Virus record (IMG/VR): IMGVR_UViG_3300046507_000435
Span: 64,001 to 76,960 of that record
Length of the DNA stretch: 12,960 nucleotides
Reading direction: 5' to 3' (one strand)
Origin: a virus
Lineage: Duplodnaviria > Heunggongvirae > Uroviricota > Caudoviricetes
Part shown: piece by piece, positions 7,401 through 12,874 of the stretch
How positions within the stretch are numbered: position 1 is the first letter of the stretch
Layout of the letters: each line of letters begins with the position of its first letter
The notes under the pieces: generated by a model
What the model was told of the DNA's origin: nothing
The model's input: only the letters and a program-made list of their open reading frames with translations
Databases searched by the model: none
Translations under genes and position numbers: made by a program

Positions 7401-8421
7401 GACGCAGGGCACCTACAACAGTGGCAACAAGCCGCGCTGGGCCCGGGGCGCGATCGGCGGCGTCTTGATGACCTTTAAGCAGTATTCGATCGGCTATCTG
7501 GAGCTGTTGTCGCGCATGGCATTCGCCGGCGCGCCGGGCTCGAAAGAGCGCGCCGCCGGGCGCCGCGCGGCGCTGTACATGCTGGCCGTGCTGTTCCTGA
7601 TGTCAGGCGCCGACGGCTTGCCGTTCGAAGCGGATCTGGAGGACGCGATTGACGGCCTGATGCAGCGACTGGGCTACAACTACTCGACCAAGCGCGCCAA
7701 GCAGGCGTTTTTGACCGACGTGCTGGGGCAGGGCGGCGCTGATTTTGCCTTAAAAGGCCTGTCGAGCATGCCGGGTATGCCGGTCGACGTGGCGGGGCGC
7801 TTCGGGATGGGCAACCTGATCCCGGGTACCGGGCTGCTGACGAAAAAGCAGTCCTATACGCAGGATCTGGGCGAGCTGGCCGGACCGGCCGGGGACATCG
7901 CCAAGCGGGCGTTTTCGGCCACCGGCAAGGCGCTGGGCGGCGACATCGCCGGCGCCGCCATGGACCTGTCGCCGGCGTCGGTGCGCAATGCCGTCAAGGG
8001 CGCCGACATGATCGCCACTGGCCAGTACAGCGACGGTCGCGGCTACAAGGTCAACGATGTCACGCCGATGGAAGGGGTGTTAAAAATCGTCGGCTTCCAG
8101 CCCAACAGCACGGCCAACATTCAGGACGCCAAGGGCCAGGCGCTGGACGCGATCGCGCAGAACCGCATGCGGTCCTCCGAGATTCAAGAGCATTGGGCGC
8201 AGGGCATCGCGGCGCAAGATCCGGCCATGATCGCTCAAGCCCGTGAATGGCGCGACGACTGGAACAGCAAGAACCCGGACACGCCGATCCGGGTCAACAT
8301 GCCGGCGATCGCCAAGCGGGTACGCAGCATGCGTCAGGACGCGCTGAACCGGACCCAGAAGACGGCCCCGGCCGCGCTGAAGGCGACGGTACGCAACGAA
8401 CTGTCGGAGGTACGCCACTGA
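1..8421 (+). CDS. Giant DarB-like polyvalent protein, 5'-partial (helicase + GNAT-like + zincin + ART + GNAT + PLxRFG/LPD38-like); probably a virion-packaged, injected protein
   Basis: Frame 1 is open from base 1 (ACG GTG GAT GAA TTC CAC = TVDEFH), so GTG at 4 is an internal Val and not a start. Ends in TGA TGA at 8419-8424. GC3 about 90% in sampled stretches. Recognisable motifs are listed as separate features. Confidence 0.93.
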   Translation, partial: TVDEFHEFKNLWYSSRLTGVKGMGNKTGSQKAFDMYNKIRVLRDSPTGTVTAMTGTPISNSAVEMYTMMRYLAAGELRDMGLEHFDAWRAQFVSADAGWEPTETGRLKEVNRLGRTWSNMRSLMDLYYSFTDSVDNDAIKAAYAEDNNGAAFPIPQVKGGDRQSIVIQPTAGQIGILNEVLDGFDNLGDIKDPQERNKARLRLMDRARKVSLDVRAADPRNTSMEAGGKLDVLADNVHRIYQQWDADRGTQLVFLDRSVPKAKGDDAVLKEYDALVAAQNEALRAGDEAGQRRAGEALERFDPNEMEELRAAQTGGWNAYQQIKDNLIARGIPADEIRFVQEANSDAQKKALFDAVNDGTVRVLIGSTPRMGAGTNVQKRLVALHHADVTWKPSDIEQREGRIIRQGNSLLDKYGMDKFAVEILAYATERTIDAKMWSLNSSKLRTINGIRKYDGAFSMDFEDEESVSMAELAALASGDPLLLERVKLMSEIDKLELLKRQHARKEWGIISQIEDAERTIARAPARIAALQQDMGVLSAGQAAMEAAAAQRRVTVEGQQYSDPTAARAAVHAAVQTQQQGDEKAKVSINVGGRRLTTMDGANSAITTALGDSTPFAMTVGEQTLGARTDAARALANIAQQQSNKLEAGEEVTVPAGRYLGLPLEMTVVHNNHGGHYVTLAVLRADGSTLQTADTNIRADTAYTTSFLRGAVEKLEEALEPGRLSYQISYQEKALASAQAGLPDLQARKGGAWPQQGELNAKNERLSQVISLLSSGVQSSAPGVRFSMNPLMNADGSYRRQAPVAGGALFSRKRIDTDDQLVNVYAQIAQDDDAFRIPDSGARTLAGVMADMAPGVAVDDFYSAGHREEGDPMADRVWHISAQDGTGANAFVYRNTRARQIWLDISNWKEGRSGNRIYQAVATWAHNTGTQFIGDPAGLSDKALYRRTEQMLSSALRHGTTQHLAPHARQQEATHTKNGEAMRPVHWRDGHDAKNLRELLLSSYTNIRTVFPEIDDVHYNFSTGQFERAPASVRASGGPLLADQSAAGEPVAQHGLGAGADRGAAGRSVDGADEGQGQLARVAAIPVTDADFRALGESVRRAYDVLFPSGRGAFTPPIGVSDLKRAALTGTVLRAEGSEVGRAVLDHVSERLLQRVSPQLAGLLYSPSADYFRESDEFSPAVIDAVPHHGVLPLAATLSGADLLQAMKDTEQLNRQLIKEGIAPVRALRTAPSSDFALARQIGAALGIPVHFVGQNSAFEGVAHKGVAFLSEGMRNPELAIAGHETLHALEQSNPALGERLRQQIRAYLKAGVVQERQLQEYAASGFQDVSLEKAEGEVLADINGAMWLDPQFWSDLAKADASLFRTVAYKFMELAAKAISALRSRRFDVARLVTDVAAVRAIMVDTWAQHAQGLHARDDISAPAAFSPAGGDHAAALDKARDADRQLAEVALQYGGRDAYLAQKAAGATLLTYPQWLITKTPNFKQFYGDWEAKHGPAADAAIHLGHQNGEEYGGPYSVADDAAGGTPSFFGQSGPVRTIGGTGESAAREPAVYYHGTTADIDAFDLNHPGRKDHGWLGTGVYVTSSEFVAHGYADIKGTEGKNIVPVFVAVKNPYVAPAGLKSKLKNAPREVVDAFTARLAADGHDGVVFETRAGAQELVAFNPAAVKSAIGNNGAFDKGNADLRFSKTDGAAKAVKIAWSDDHEPGQNPAGISAYVEGHEGKAFMFAEDNADGTYSIQESGLPPELRGQGYGVKMYQALIDEMARRGQVLTSDVSVSPAAQHVYQALQDRGYGIERNPNVSADPDTGALESNDGKPVYRIIPRDGGLLFSRAGIGEAIASAANNAAALRLPAGYLVGDLFNQSGKISWWHKTIGTMENLAKRQPAFARVYDAVQSFIGDISRYAVAAADLAPTLLPKLEDFKDVFGKDRKKPLTAEDTKAIGAPIFEGTLSWARDANGKPVKMEVLEAQAAQLTTEQKAQILLQKGIIDDGQNQAWLGQSGMMYQNIIDSKFTKTQLAAGVVWTDPELRELFSLNDHQIALYREFRAALDKSLTNLSISEMVKFAGKDAKGMLEQAIAAPDIKAAGELLRDHFIALAQQEPDKADMHLTTASQLMDLADKGEDLIRRGYAPLSRFGKYTVYVQQGEEQVYFGMFETQYEASKMARDMAAEHPDATVTHGTVSEDAYKLFAGVSPETIELFGSMVGLDSQANAASTEVYQTYLKLAKNNRSSMKRLIQRKGIAGFSEDAARVLAGFIYSNARLTAGNAHLGEVDEAITEIPKQQGELTDAAMQLRESIRNPEGGNKLGGLMFAQFLGGSVASAMVNLTQPVTMTLPYLSQFGGIAKAGSRLAAAIRDAGKETTGEAHLDEALRWAADEGIVAPQEVHYLQAQAAGKGALRSGDGTRAGNARAALNNALSKVQLGWGKLFAMAELTNRRVTFIAAYRTAIDENIPNPAKFAEEAVSQTQGTYNSGNKPRWARGAIGGVLMTFKQYSIGYLELLSRMAFAGAPGSKERAAGRRAALYMLAVLFLMSGADGLPFEADLEDAIDGLMQRLGYNYSTKRAKQAFLTDVLGQGGADFALKGLSSMPGMPVDVAGRFGMGNLIPGTGLLTKKQSYTQDLGELAGPAGDIAKRAFSATGKALGGDIAGAAMDLSPASVRNAVKGADMIATGQYSDGRGYKVNDVTPMEGVLKIVGFQPNSTANIQDAKGQALDAIAQNRMRSSEIQEHWAQGIAAQDPAMIAQAREWRDDWNSKNPDTPIRVNMPAIAKRVRSMRQDALNRTQKTAPAALKATVRNELSEVRH
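2434..3070 (+). other. Divergent GNAT-like domain (cassette 1)
   Basis: IWLDISNWKEGRSGNRIYQAVATWAHNTGTQFIGDPAGLSDKA parallels the GNAT motif A/B pattern of the second GNAT in this protein (G.G..xYQA....A..G....D..xS..A). Recognised by eye, no HMM run. Confidence 0.5.
2983..3012 (+). promoter_or_regulatory. Putative internal sigma70 promoter upstream of nested ORF1
   Basis: TTGCGG (2983-2988) - 18 nt - TACACT (3007-3012), inside a stretch where the host frame uses atypical codons (TTG, CTT, ACT). Confidence 0.35.
3041..3466 (+). CDS. Nested +1-frame ORF1 inside the giant gene, about 105-141 aa, unknown function (candidate immunity protein)
   Basis: Hand count over about 3074-3463: GC3 about 82% in the +1 frame versus about 44% in the host frame, against about 90% elsewhere in the host gene. 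The product reads like a folded protein (HPFAHLAGHYWLTNPLRENQLLSTGWEPEQIEALPDDQL...KWGEQFWITYQSGCYNE). TAA at 3464-3466. Start uncertain: ATG 3041/3044, TTG 3074, or TTG 3149 (GGGAG 6 nt upstream). Confidence 0.72.
   Translation: MMSITTSPPASLSARPHPFAHLAGHYWLTNPLRENQLLSTGWEPEQIEALPDDQLTALMKDRGSSHEWLQFLSLTRISALLGNRFAEPMTYSSLPVEERLRLRLACLILKERLSPVPYYAQKEAKWGEQFWITYQSGCYNE
3496..4260 (+). other. Zincin-like metallopeptidase domain (cassette 2)
   Basis: IAGHETLHALE (HExxH at 3847-3861) with a downstream EGEVLAD acidic motif that could supply the third ligand. Such domains are known in phage polyvalent proteins. Confidence 0.7.
4332..4360 (+). promoter_or_regulatory. Putative internal sigma70 promoter upstream of nested ORF2
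   Basis: TCGCCA (4332-4337, 4/6 to TTGACA) - 17 nt - TACAAT (4355-4360, 5/6 to TATAAT). It coincides with a short run of rare host codons (CAA CTT GCC GAG GTT GCA TTA CAA TAC). Confidence 0.55.
4345..5064 (+). other. ART-PolyVal-type ADP-ribosyltransferase cassette (H-Y-E clade) (cassette 3)
   Basis: TLLTYPQW...TPNFKQFYGDWE leader, then YYHGT (H at 4666), GWLGTGVYVT (Y at 4747), AHGYA, GHDGVV, ELVAF (E at 4975), ending KSAIGNNGAFD...DLRFS. Matches the ART-PolyVal pattern from memory. Confidence 0.85.
4484..4702 (+). CDS. Nested +1-frame ORF2 inside the giant gene, 72 aa, predicted helical, unknown function (candidate ART immunity or regulator)
   Basis: GGAGG (4473-4477) 6 nt before ATG 4484. 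Hand-counted GC3 about 72% in the +1 frame versus about 53% in the host frame. Amphipathic product MDPQQTQQFISAIKTAKSTADLTALLMTL...YERLEALENL...ITELRRIL. The host frame here is a Gly/Ala-rich, linker-like insert. Confidence 0.72.
   Translation: MDPQQTQQFISAIKTAKSTADLTALLMTLPAAPLPSLASPDPYERLEALENLPRASQPSTITELRRILTPST
5068..5480 (+). other. GNAT acetyltransferase domain (cassette 4)
   Basis: Acetyl-CoA-binding motif A LPPELRGQGYG (RGQGYG 5245-5262), followed by KMYQALID and LTSDVSVSPAAQHVYQAL. Confidence 0.85.
5500..8418 (+). other. PLxRFG domain and LPD38-like C-terminal region
   Basis: YAPLSRFGKY (PLSRFG at 6397-6414). Helical and hydrophobic C-terminal region (MTFKQYSIGYLELL, GLPF, GMGNLIPG) resembling the ends of phage internal-virion polyvalent proteins. 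The LPD38 label is from recollection. Confidence 0.65.
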
Positions 8422-8423
8422 TG

Positions 8424-8458
8424 AAAAAAGCCCCTGTGTGAAAACAGGGGCTTTTTTT
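8424..8458. terminator. Bidirectional Rho-independent terminator
   Basis: AAAAAAGCCCCTGT-gtgaaa-ACAGGGGCTTTTTT perfect inverted repeat with an A-tract on one side and a T-tract on the other, lying between convergent genes. Confidence 0.93.
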
Positions 8459-8933
8459 ATGCCGGCAGCTGGGCTGCGTCCACGCGGGTATCGGTGTGGA
8501 ACAGCGCGCAGGGCGGCGATTCGAAGAGGATGAGCGGGGCGCCGAACCAGCGCTGCGCGTCCCGCTCAATCTGGTGTTGCAGGCGCCGCAGCTCGGGCAG
8601 GATGTCCTCGCCGACGTGCTCCACCATCTGCTCCATGACGATTTTGACGGCGCGCGCGGCGATCCCCTGGGCCACGTCCAGGCTGCGGCCCTGCGGGAAG
8701 GTCGCCGGCCGGTACCATGGGTAGTTGGGCGGCGTGACCTTGAGCGGCAGGTGTTCGTCCAGTGCCTTGTCGATCAGGCAGAACCAGCCGACCGACCACA
8801 GGCCGGCCTGCGCGTCCCAGCTGGGAATCAGGCGCACGATCAGGCGCGACTGGTCCCACTTGTTGCGCATTGTCGCGCTGGTGTACTCGATCGGCGCCGG
8901 CGGCTTGCCCAGCGTTTCAGGAAACAGGTCCAT
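8457..8933 (-). CDS. Hypothetical phage protein, 158 aa
   Basis: ATG 8933 preceded by AAGG, 2 nt after the stop of the upstream gene. TAA lies inside the terminator T-tract. Protein-like composition. Confidence 0.78.
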   Translation of the reverse strand: MDLFPETLGKPPAPIEYTSATMRNKWDQSRLIVRLIPSWDAQAGLWSVGWFCLIDKALDEHLPLKVTPPNYPWYRPATFPQGRSLDVAQGIAARAVKIVMEQMVEHVGEDILPELRRLQHQIERDAQRWFGAPLILFESPPCALFHTDTRVDAAQLPA

Positions 8934-8935
8934 GG

Positions 8936-9676
8936 TCAGCCTTTCATCGCCGCGCCGTCGAACAGGTCCAGCGTCCGGGTATCGTGCGCGCTGGCCAGCT
9001 TGGCCTGGTCATACTGGTGGATGCCCCACGCCAGCGCATGGCAGCACCATTGGAAACGCGGCGTGTACTCCTTGCAATCGACCTCCCAGAAGTCGTCAAA
9101 TTCAAAGGTGAATTCCCGTCCGAAATAGCGGCGCCAGTTGTCATCCTGCGCGCCCGCATTGGGGAACGTGAAGCCGGACACCGCATCATAGGCGCGCACT
9201 TCGTTGTCATCCCCATCGAGGATGTCGTCCTTGACCGCCTGGCGCAGCTCGCGCAGCGCCTTGACGCCCATGGCGCGCGCGATGGCGTGCTGAACGCGCA
9301 GGGTGCTGATGGTGTCATGCGCAAAATCACGGACCCACGCGCGCACGCGCCGGCGAAAAGCGTCATGGCTGAACCGGCGAATGCCGCCGCCGCTGCTGCG
9401 CGTGTCGCTGGCCTCGCATTTCTCGGCCCAGTAGTGCAGGTCGATCTGGTAGGAGTGATCGGCGCGGCGGAAGAAGTCGAACATGTCGCGGGTGCGTTGA
9501 AACACGTAGGCGCCCATGTCGCCAGTGTAGGCGAGGTAGCCGGGCCAGGTCACCAGATCGAAGTGCATTTCGATGCTGGAGGGATTCCGGAAGCGGACAT
9601 GGCGATACAGGCCATCATCGCGCACGATGGTCATTTCATGGCGGGCGACATCACGCAGGAAGCGCTCCGTGATCAT
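8936..9676 (-). CDS. Conserved phage hypothetical protein, 246 aa
   Basis: ATGA overlap with the upstream gene and a GGAGG RBS. The N-terminus (HEMTIVRDDGLYRHVRF...FDLVTWPGYL.YTGDMG.YVF.R..DMF.FFR) resembles a widespread uncharacterised phage family as I recall it. Confidence 0.88.
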   Translation of the reverse strand: MITERFLRDVARHEMTIVRDDGLYRHVRFRNPSSIEMHFDLVTWPGYLAYTGDMGAYVFQRTRDMFDFFRRADHSYQIDLHYWAEKCEASDTRSSGGGIRRFSHDAFRRRVRAWVRDFAHDTISTLRVQHAIARAMGVKALRELRQAVKDDILDGDDNEVRAYDAVSGFTFPNAGAQDDNWRRYFGREFTFEFDDFWEVDCKEYTPRFQWCCHALAWGIHQYDQAKLASAHDTRTLDLFDGAAMKG

Positions 9677-10770
9677 GCGGCCTCCAGTTGCGGCTGAACC
9701 GGCGCGGCGCCCGGGTTGAGCGCGATCACCTGGTTCGGCGCGCGATCCCAGCCGCGCACCTCGTCGGCGGTGAACTTGCCCGCTTCGGACTGGTCGCGCG
9801 TATAGCCCCGGAAGCCGGTGCGGTGGTACACCTGATGTTCGCTGTTCCAGACCGTGTACAGGGCGGGGTTGCCCGGGAACAGGATATCGCGCAGCACGGC
9901 GGCGCGCTCAAAGCGCATCGCCTTGATGGCCGTAGCCAGCTCGCCTTCCAGACGCCGGCGCCGCTGCTCCCTATTGCGCTTGATGCGGGGATGCTCCGGG
10001 CAGCGCACGAAGATTTCGTTGTGGTAGAGATAGACGACGTGATAGCGCCCAGTGACGATCTGCCAGTTGCCGCCCAGACTGTAGAACGCCGTGCCGCAGA
10101 TGACGCGGCCGGCGCGGTCGATCGCGTACACCAGCATGCCATTTTCCAGCGCCACGCCATCGGCTGAAAAACCTTCGCGGCGGTTGCCGATGCGTGCCCG
10201 GTCCAGTTCGGCGACGTAGTGGCCAGTGGTGCGGCGGCGGTGCGCCGCCACTTCCAGCGCCGTGGCGCCATTCACCCCCAGCACCGGGTCGGACGGTTTA
10301 AAGGCGTAGTCGGTCAGCACGTTGAGCAGGTAATCACGGATGCGGCGGCGCGTGCGCTCCATTTCCAGCCGCATCACATAGGGCATGTGATGCTCTTTCT
10401 TGTCCTGATAGCGCCCGCCATGGTCTGGCCGGTCAGGGGCATTCACGTTCTGGAACATGTCGAGATTGATGCAGCGACCGGACACGTCTAGATCGGCCTG
10501 CAGGTCGCCCTTGACGCAATAGCGGTGATTGCGTGCGAACGGCAGGCCGTAGCGATCGATCTTGTCCTGGGGGGTGGTGCAGGTCCACCCCAAGCGGTTC
10601 AAGGTGTTGACGATGCGGGCGAACACCTCGCGCTTGTACTGACGCTCCCACGCCAGTTCGGCCTGATAGTTGCCGGCCGACCGGGTAAAGCCGTCCTCGT
10701 AAATACTCAGGCTGGCATCGCCGAAAGCGATGGTGCCCGCGCGCGGTACGCGCCCCTTGACCTGCGCCAT
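9673..10770 (-). CDS. Conserved phage hypothetical protein, 365 aa
   Basis: Start reassigned to ATG 10770 (GGAGG 7 nt upstream, 2 nt after the H-NS stop) instead of 10863. High-GC3 codons; ends LEAA*, typical of coupled phage genes. Confidence 0.87.
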   Translation of the reverse strand: MAQVKGRVPRAGTIAFGDASLSIYEDGFTRSAGNYQAELAWERQYKREVFARIVNTLNRLGWTCTTPQDKIDRYGLPFARNHRYCVKGDLQADLDVSGRCINLDMFQNVNAPDRPDHGGRYQDKKEHHMPYVMRLEMERTRRRIRDYLLNVLTDYAFKPSDPVLGVNGATALEVAAHRRRTTGHYVAELDRARIGNRREGFSADGVALENGMLVYAIDRAGRVICGTAFYSLGGNWQIVTGRYHVVYLYHNEIFVRCPEHPRIKRNREQRRRRLEGELATAIKAMRFERAAVLRDILFPGNPALYTVWNSEHQVYHRTGFRGYTRDQSEAGKFTADEVRGWDRAPNQVIALNPGAAPVQPQLEAA

Positions 10771-10772
10771 GA

Positions 10773-11090
10773 TCAAGCCTCCGGCACGATCAGGGTGGTG
10801 TCGAGGGTGCCGGCGGCTTGATAGGACCGTGCCCACTTCGGCGCGATGCCCCGGCCGGTCCATACCTGCGAGGCGTCCGCAGGATTGCGGTAGCGCGGCG
10901 CCACCGCCTTGACGCTCTTGCCGGCCAGGCCCTTGACCAGCTCCTTCAGTGGTACGCCGGCTTCCTTGGCGATCGCGTGGATCTGCGCCAGCGCCTGTTC
11001 CTTGTCGGCCTTCTCGCGGTCGATCAGGGCGCTCTTGGCGCGGGCGATCAGTTCACGCAGTTCCAGCGTGGTCATATCCTTCAGATTCAT
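10773..11090 (-). CDS. hns: H-NS family nucleoid-associated protein, 105 aa
   Basis: N-terminal coiled coil (LELRELIARAKSALIDREKADKEQALAQIHAIAKEAGV) plus C-terminal H-NS DNA-binding signature PRYRNP....VWTGRG..PKW. ATG 11090 with GGAG 7 nt upstream; the track start at 11150 runs into the promoter. Confidence 0.9.
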   Translation of the reverse strand: MNLKDMTTLELRELIARAKSALIDREKADKEQALAQIHAIAKEAGVPLKELVKGLAGKSVKAVAPRYRNPADASQVWTGRGIAPKWARSYQAAGTLDTTLIVPEA

Positions 11091-11118
11091 GGCAGGGCTC
11101 CATTCAATAGTGGGTGAA

Positions 11119-11202
11119 TTACAATAAAACGTTGTAACTATACCGACCATTTAAAGGACATGTCAAAGCCTATTTAAATCACTTTCAATATTTTATTTAA
11201 AT
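11119..11202. repeat. Operator-like motifs around the hns promoter
   Basis: Inverted repeat TTACAA-N7-TTGTAA (11119-11137), and three ATTTAAA(G/T) boxes at 11149, 11172 and 11195, exactly 23 bp apart. Confidence 0.55.
11137..11166 (-). promoter_or_regulatory. Near-consensus sigma70 promoter of the hns operon
   Basis: Minus strand TTGACA (11166-11161) - 18 nt - TATAGT (11142-11137), with an AT-rich UP-like region upstream (about 11170-11202). Confidence 0.82.
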
Positions 11203-11221
11203 GCGGGAGAATAAAACAGGG

Positions 11222-11440
11222 TCAGGCCGATTGGCGGGCGTGGGCGATGGCGCTTTGGGTGCGCAGGGTGGACAGGCGGGCGCGCAGGGCGATGACGGCG
11301 GCGCGGGTGGCTTCGAACTGGGCGCGGCGGGCCGCTTGCTGTTCAGGGGGCAGCGCATCGAAGGCGGCGCGCTGGGCGGCGATCTGCTCGGGCGTCAGGG
11401 TGGCGGCGGTGGCGCGCTGGATAAAATCGAAATTGCTCAT
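11222..11440 (-). CDS. Small Ala/Gln/Arg-rich helical protein, 72 aa
   Basis: ATG 11440 with AAGGA 9 nt upstream. The track start at 11629 overlaps the upstream gene and reads as non-coding. Confidence 0.72.
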   Translation of the reverse strand: MSNFDFIQRATAATLTPEQIAAQRAAFDALPPEQQAARRAQFEATRAAVIALRARLSTLRTQSAIAHARQSA

Positions 11441-11478
11441 GCTGGTTGGTCCTTGGCCAGGTAAAGGGGAGGGGAACA

Positions 11479-11487
11479 ATTGTAGCA
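11479..11487 (-). promoter_or_regulatory. Possible extended -10 promoter for the 72-aa gene
   Basis: Minus strand TGcTACAAT about 40 nt upstream of ATG 11440. No recognisable -35. Confidence 0.35.
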
Positions 11488-11501
11488 GGCGCAACAAATT
11501 T

Positions 11502-11527
11502 GCCGGCCCGAATGTGTACGGGCCGGC
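11502..11527 (-). terminator. GC-rich hairpin after the 241-aa gene, possible weak terminator or processing site
   Basis: GCCGGCCCG-8 nt-CGGGCCGGC perfect 9-bp stem starting 10 nt after the stop at 11538. Followed on the minus strand by AAATTTGTT, a poor U-tract. Confidence 0.45.
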
Positions 11528-11537
11528 CGGTGGCAGG

Positions 11538-12263
11538 TCAGCGGAAGACTTCGTAAGCGTGGCGGGGCATGGGCTCGACCGGCGAGAACTCGCGCCGCAG
11601 GCGCTGCTGGTCGCGCCAGCGCCGCTCATCCCAGTCCATCGGCCCCTGCTGCTTCTTCAGCTCCAGCACCAGCGCCGGCGCCAGCTCGTCGGCCAGCTGG
11701 ATGGCCAGTTCATCGGTCGGCATGCGCAGCAGCGCCTCACGGCTGACGGCATAGCGAACCTGGGAGCGGTCCAGCGTGACGCGCAGGTGCATCTGCCGGT
11801 GGACATCATCGTAGACGGAACCAATGCCCAGCAGGTGCATCATTTCGTGCTCCAGCAGCCGCATGGTGGCCGCTTCCGCGCGATAGTGGTCCTCGGCGCT
11901 GTAAGAGAGCAGCATCTGCGGCGGCTGCATCATGAACGTGTCATCGTGCAGGCGCTGGGTGATGCGCAGCACCTTATGCTGGGGCACGTTATGGGCCACG
12001 CAGGAGGCGTGCAGCATGCGCGCCAGGCGGCGCTGGAACTCGCGCGCCAGCACGCTGGTGCGGCGCTCCCACTCGATGTCCTTGGCGTGGCGCTCGTCCC
12101 TGTCGCGCAGCTCATTGACCAGCTGGTTGCGGTGGAGTGATGTTTGGTTGGCGCGCGCGCTCAGATCGGCATACGCGGTGCGCAGCGCCTGCAGTTCCTG
12201 CTGCAGCTGCGCCGTGATGCGCTTACGCTGGGCGCGGCGGTGGGGTCGCAGGCGGCGGATCAT
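11538..12263 (-). CDS. Hypothetical phage protein with N-terminal coiled coil, 241 aa
   Basis: Long ORF with high-GC3 codons. ATG 12263 overlaps the stop of the upstream 46-aa ORF (ATGA). Confidence 0.82.
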   Translation of the reverse strand: MIRRLRPHRRAQRKRITAQLQQELQALRTAYADLSARANQTSLHRNQLVNELRDRDERHAKDIEWERRTSVLAREFQRRLARMLHASCVAHNVPQHKVLRITQRLHDDTFMMQPPQMLLSYSAEDHYRAEAATMRLLEHEMMHLLGIGSVYDDVHRQMHLRVTLDRSQVRYAVSREALLRMPTDELAIQLADELAPALVLELKKQQGPMDWDERRWRDQQRLRREFSPVEPMPRHAYEVFR

Positions 12264-12400
12264 GGTTGCACCGGCTGGGTGGCGCTGATCACCAGCAGGA
12301 TGGCGGGCGCCAGCAGCAGGGACAGGGTGTGGGCCAGCAACAGCCAGGCCAGCGGGCGCACGATGGCGGCCTCGGTCGGGGAATAGGTCATCAGCTTCAT
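12260..12400 (-). CDS. Small membrane protein, 46 aa (not in the ORF track)
   Basis: MKLMTYSPTEAAIVRPLAWLLLAHTLSLLLAPAILLVISATQPVQP*. Fills the gap between neighbours exactly, has an ATGA overlap with the next gene, nearly all G/C-ending codons and a long hydrophobic stretch. RBS weak. Confidence 0.68.
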   Translation of the reverse strand: MKLMTYSPTEAAIVRPLAWLLLAHTLSLLLAPAILLVISATQPVQP

Positions 12401-12409
12401 GGCGGCGTT

Positions 12410-12874
12410 TTACTCGTCGGTGGGGGTATCGGGTGCGGCGTCGTCCTGCGGCGCGCTGGCGGCCGTCTGCTGGGCCGCAATGGCATCTTCGTTGAGGTGG
12501 TATTGCAGCGTGCCCGTAAAATCGATCGCGGCCTGCGTGGCGCCCAGAAAATCGCCATCAAAGCCGGGCACGCGGCGCCGGATCACGTCGGCGGCCGCCA
12601 CCTTGGCCTCGTAGCCGGCATGGGCCATCCAGGCCACCACCGTCATGGCAAACAATTTTTTCTCCAGCGCGACGCACTTGTCGTGGCCGTGCACCTGGCC
12701 CATCGGATCTTCCTTGTCCGGCCAGTAGGCGCTATCGGGGGCGGTGGATTGCTCGGGTGGGGGTGCTTGCTCGCCGCGCGCCAAAAAGCCGTACATGCGG
12801 GCGGGATCGCCGGCGGGGTGGAGAGTGTTGGCGAGGCGGCGCAGCTGGTGGGCGAAGTAGGTTGCAACGGTCAT
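12410..12874 (-). CDS. Hypothetical phage protein, 154 aa
   Basis: ORF co-oriented with the operon, GC-ending codons, acidic low-complexity tail. Weak RBS, so the start could be a later Met. Confidence 0.7.
   Translation of the reverse strand: MTVATYFAHQLRRLANTLHPAGDPARMYGFLARGEQAPPPEQSTAPDSAYWPDKEDPMGQVHGHDKCVALEKKLFAMTVVAWMAHAGYEAKVAAADVIRRRVPGFDGDFLGATQAAIDFTGTLQYHLNEDAIAAQQTAASAPQDDAAPDTPTDE

Noticed and set aside
8496-10491. Plus-strand ORFs 8496-9128, 8762-9697, 9688-10167 and 10219-10491
   Set aside because: Antisense to well-supported coupled minus-strand genes with good RBSs.
11835-11849. HEMMH (HExxH) in the 241-aa protein as a metallopeptidase site
   Set aside because: No supporting zincin context or evident third ligand; may be coincidental. 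An HMM or structure search would settle it.
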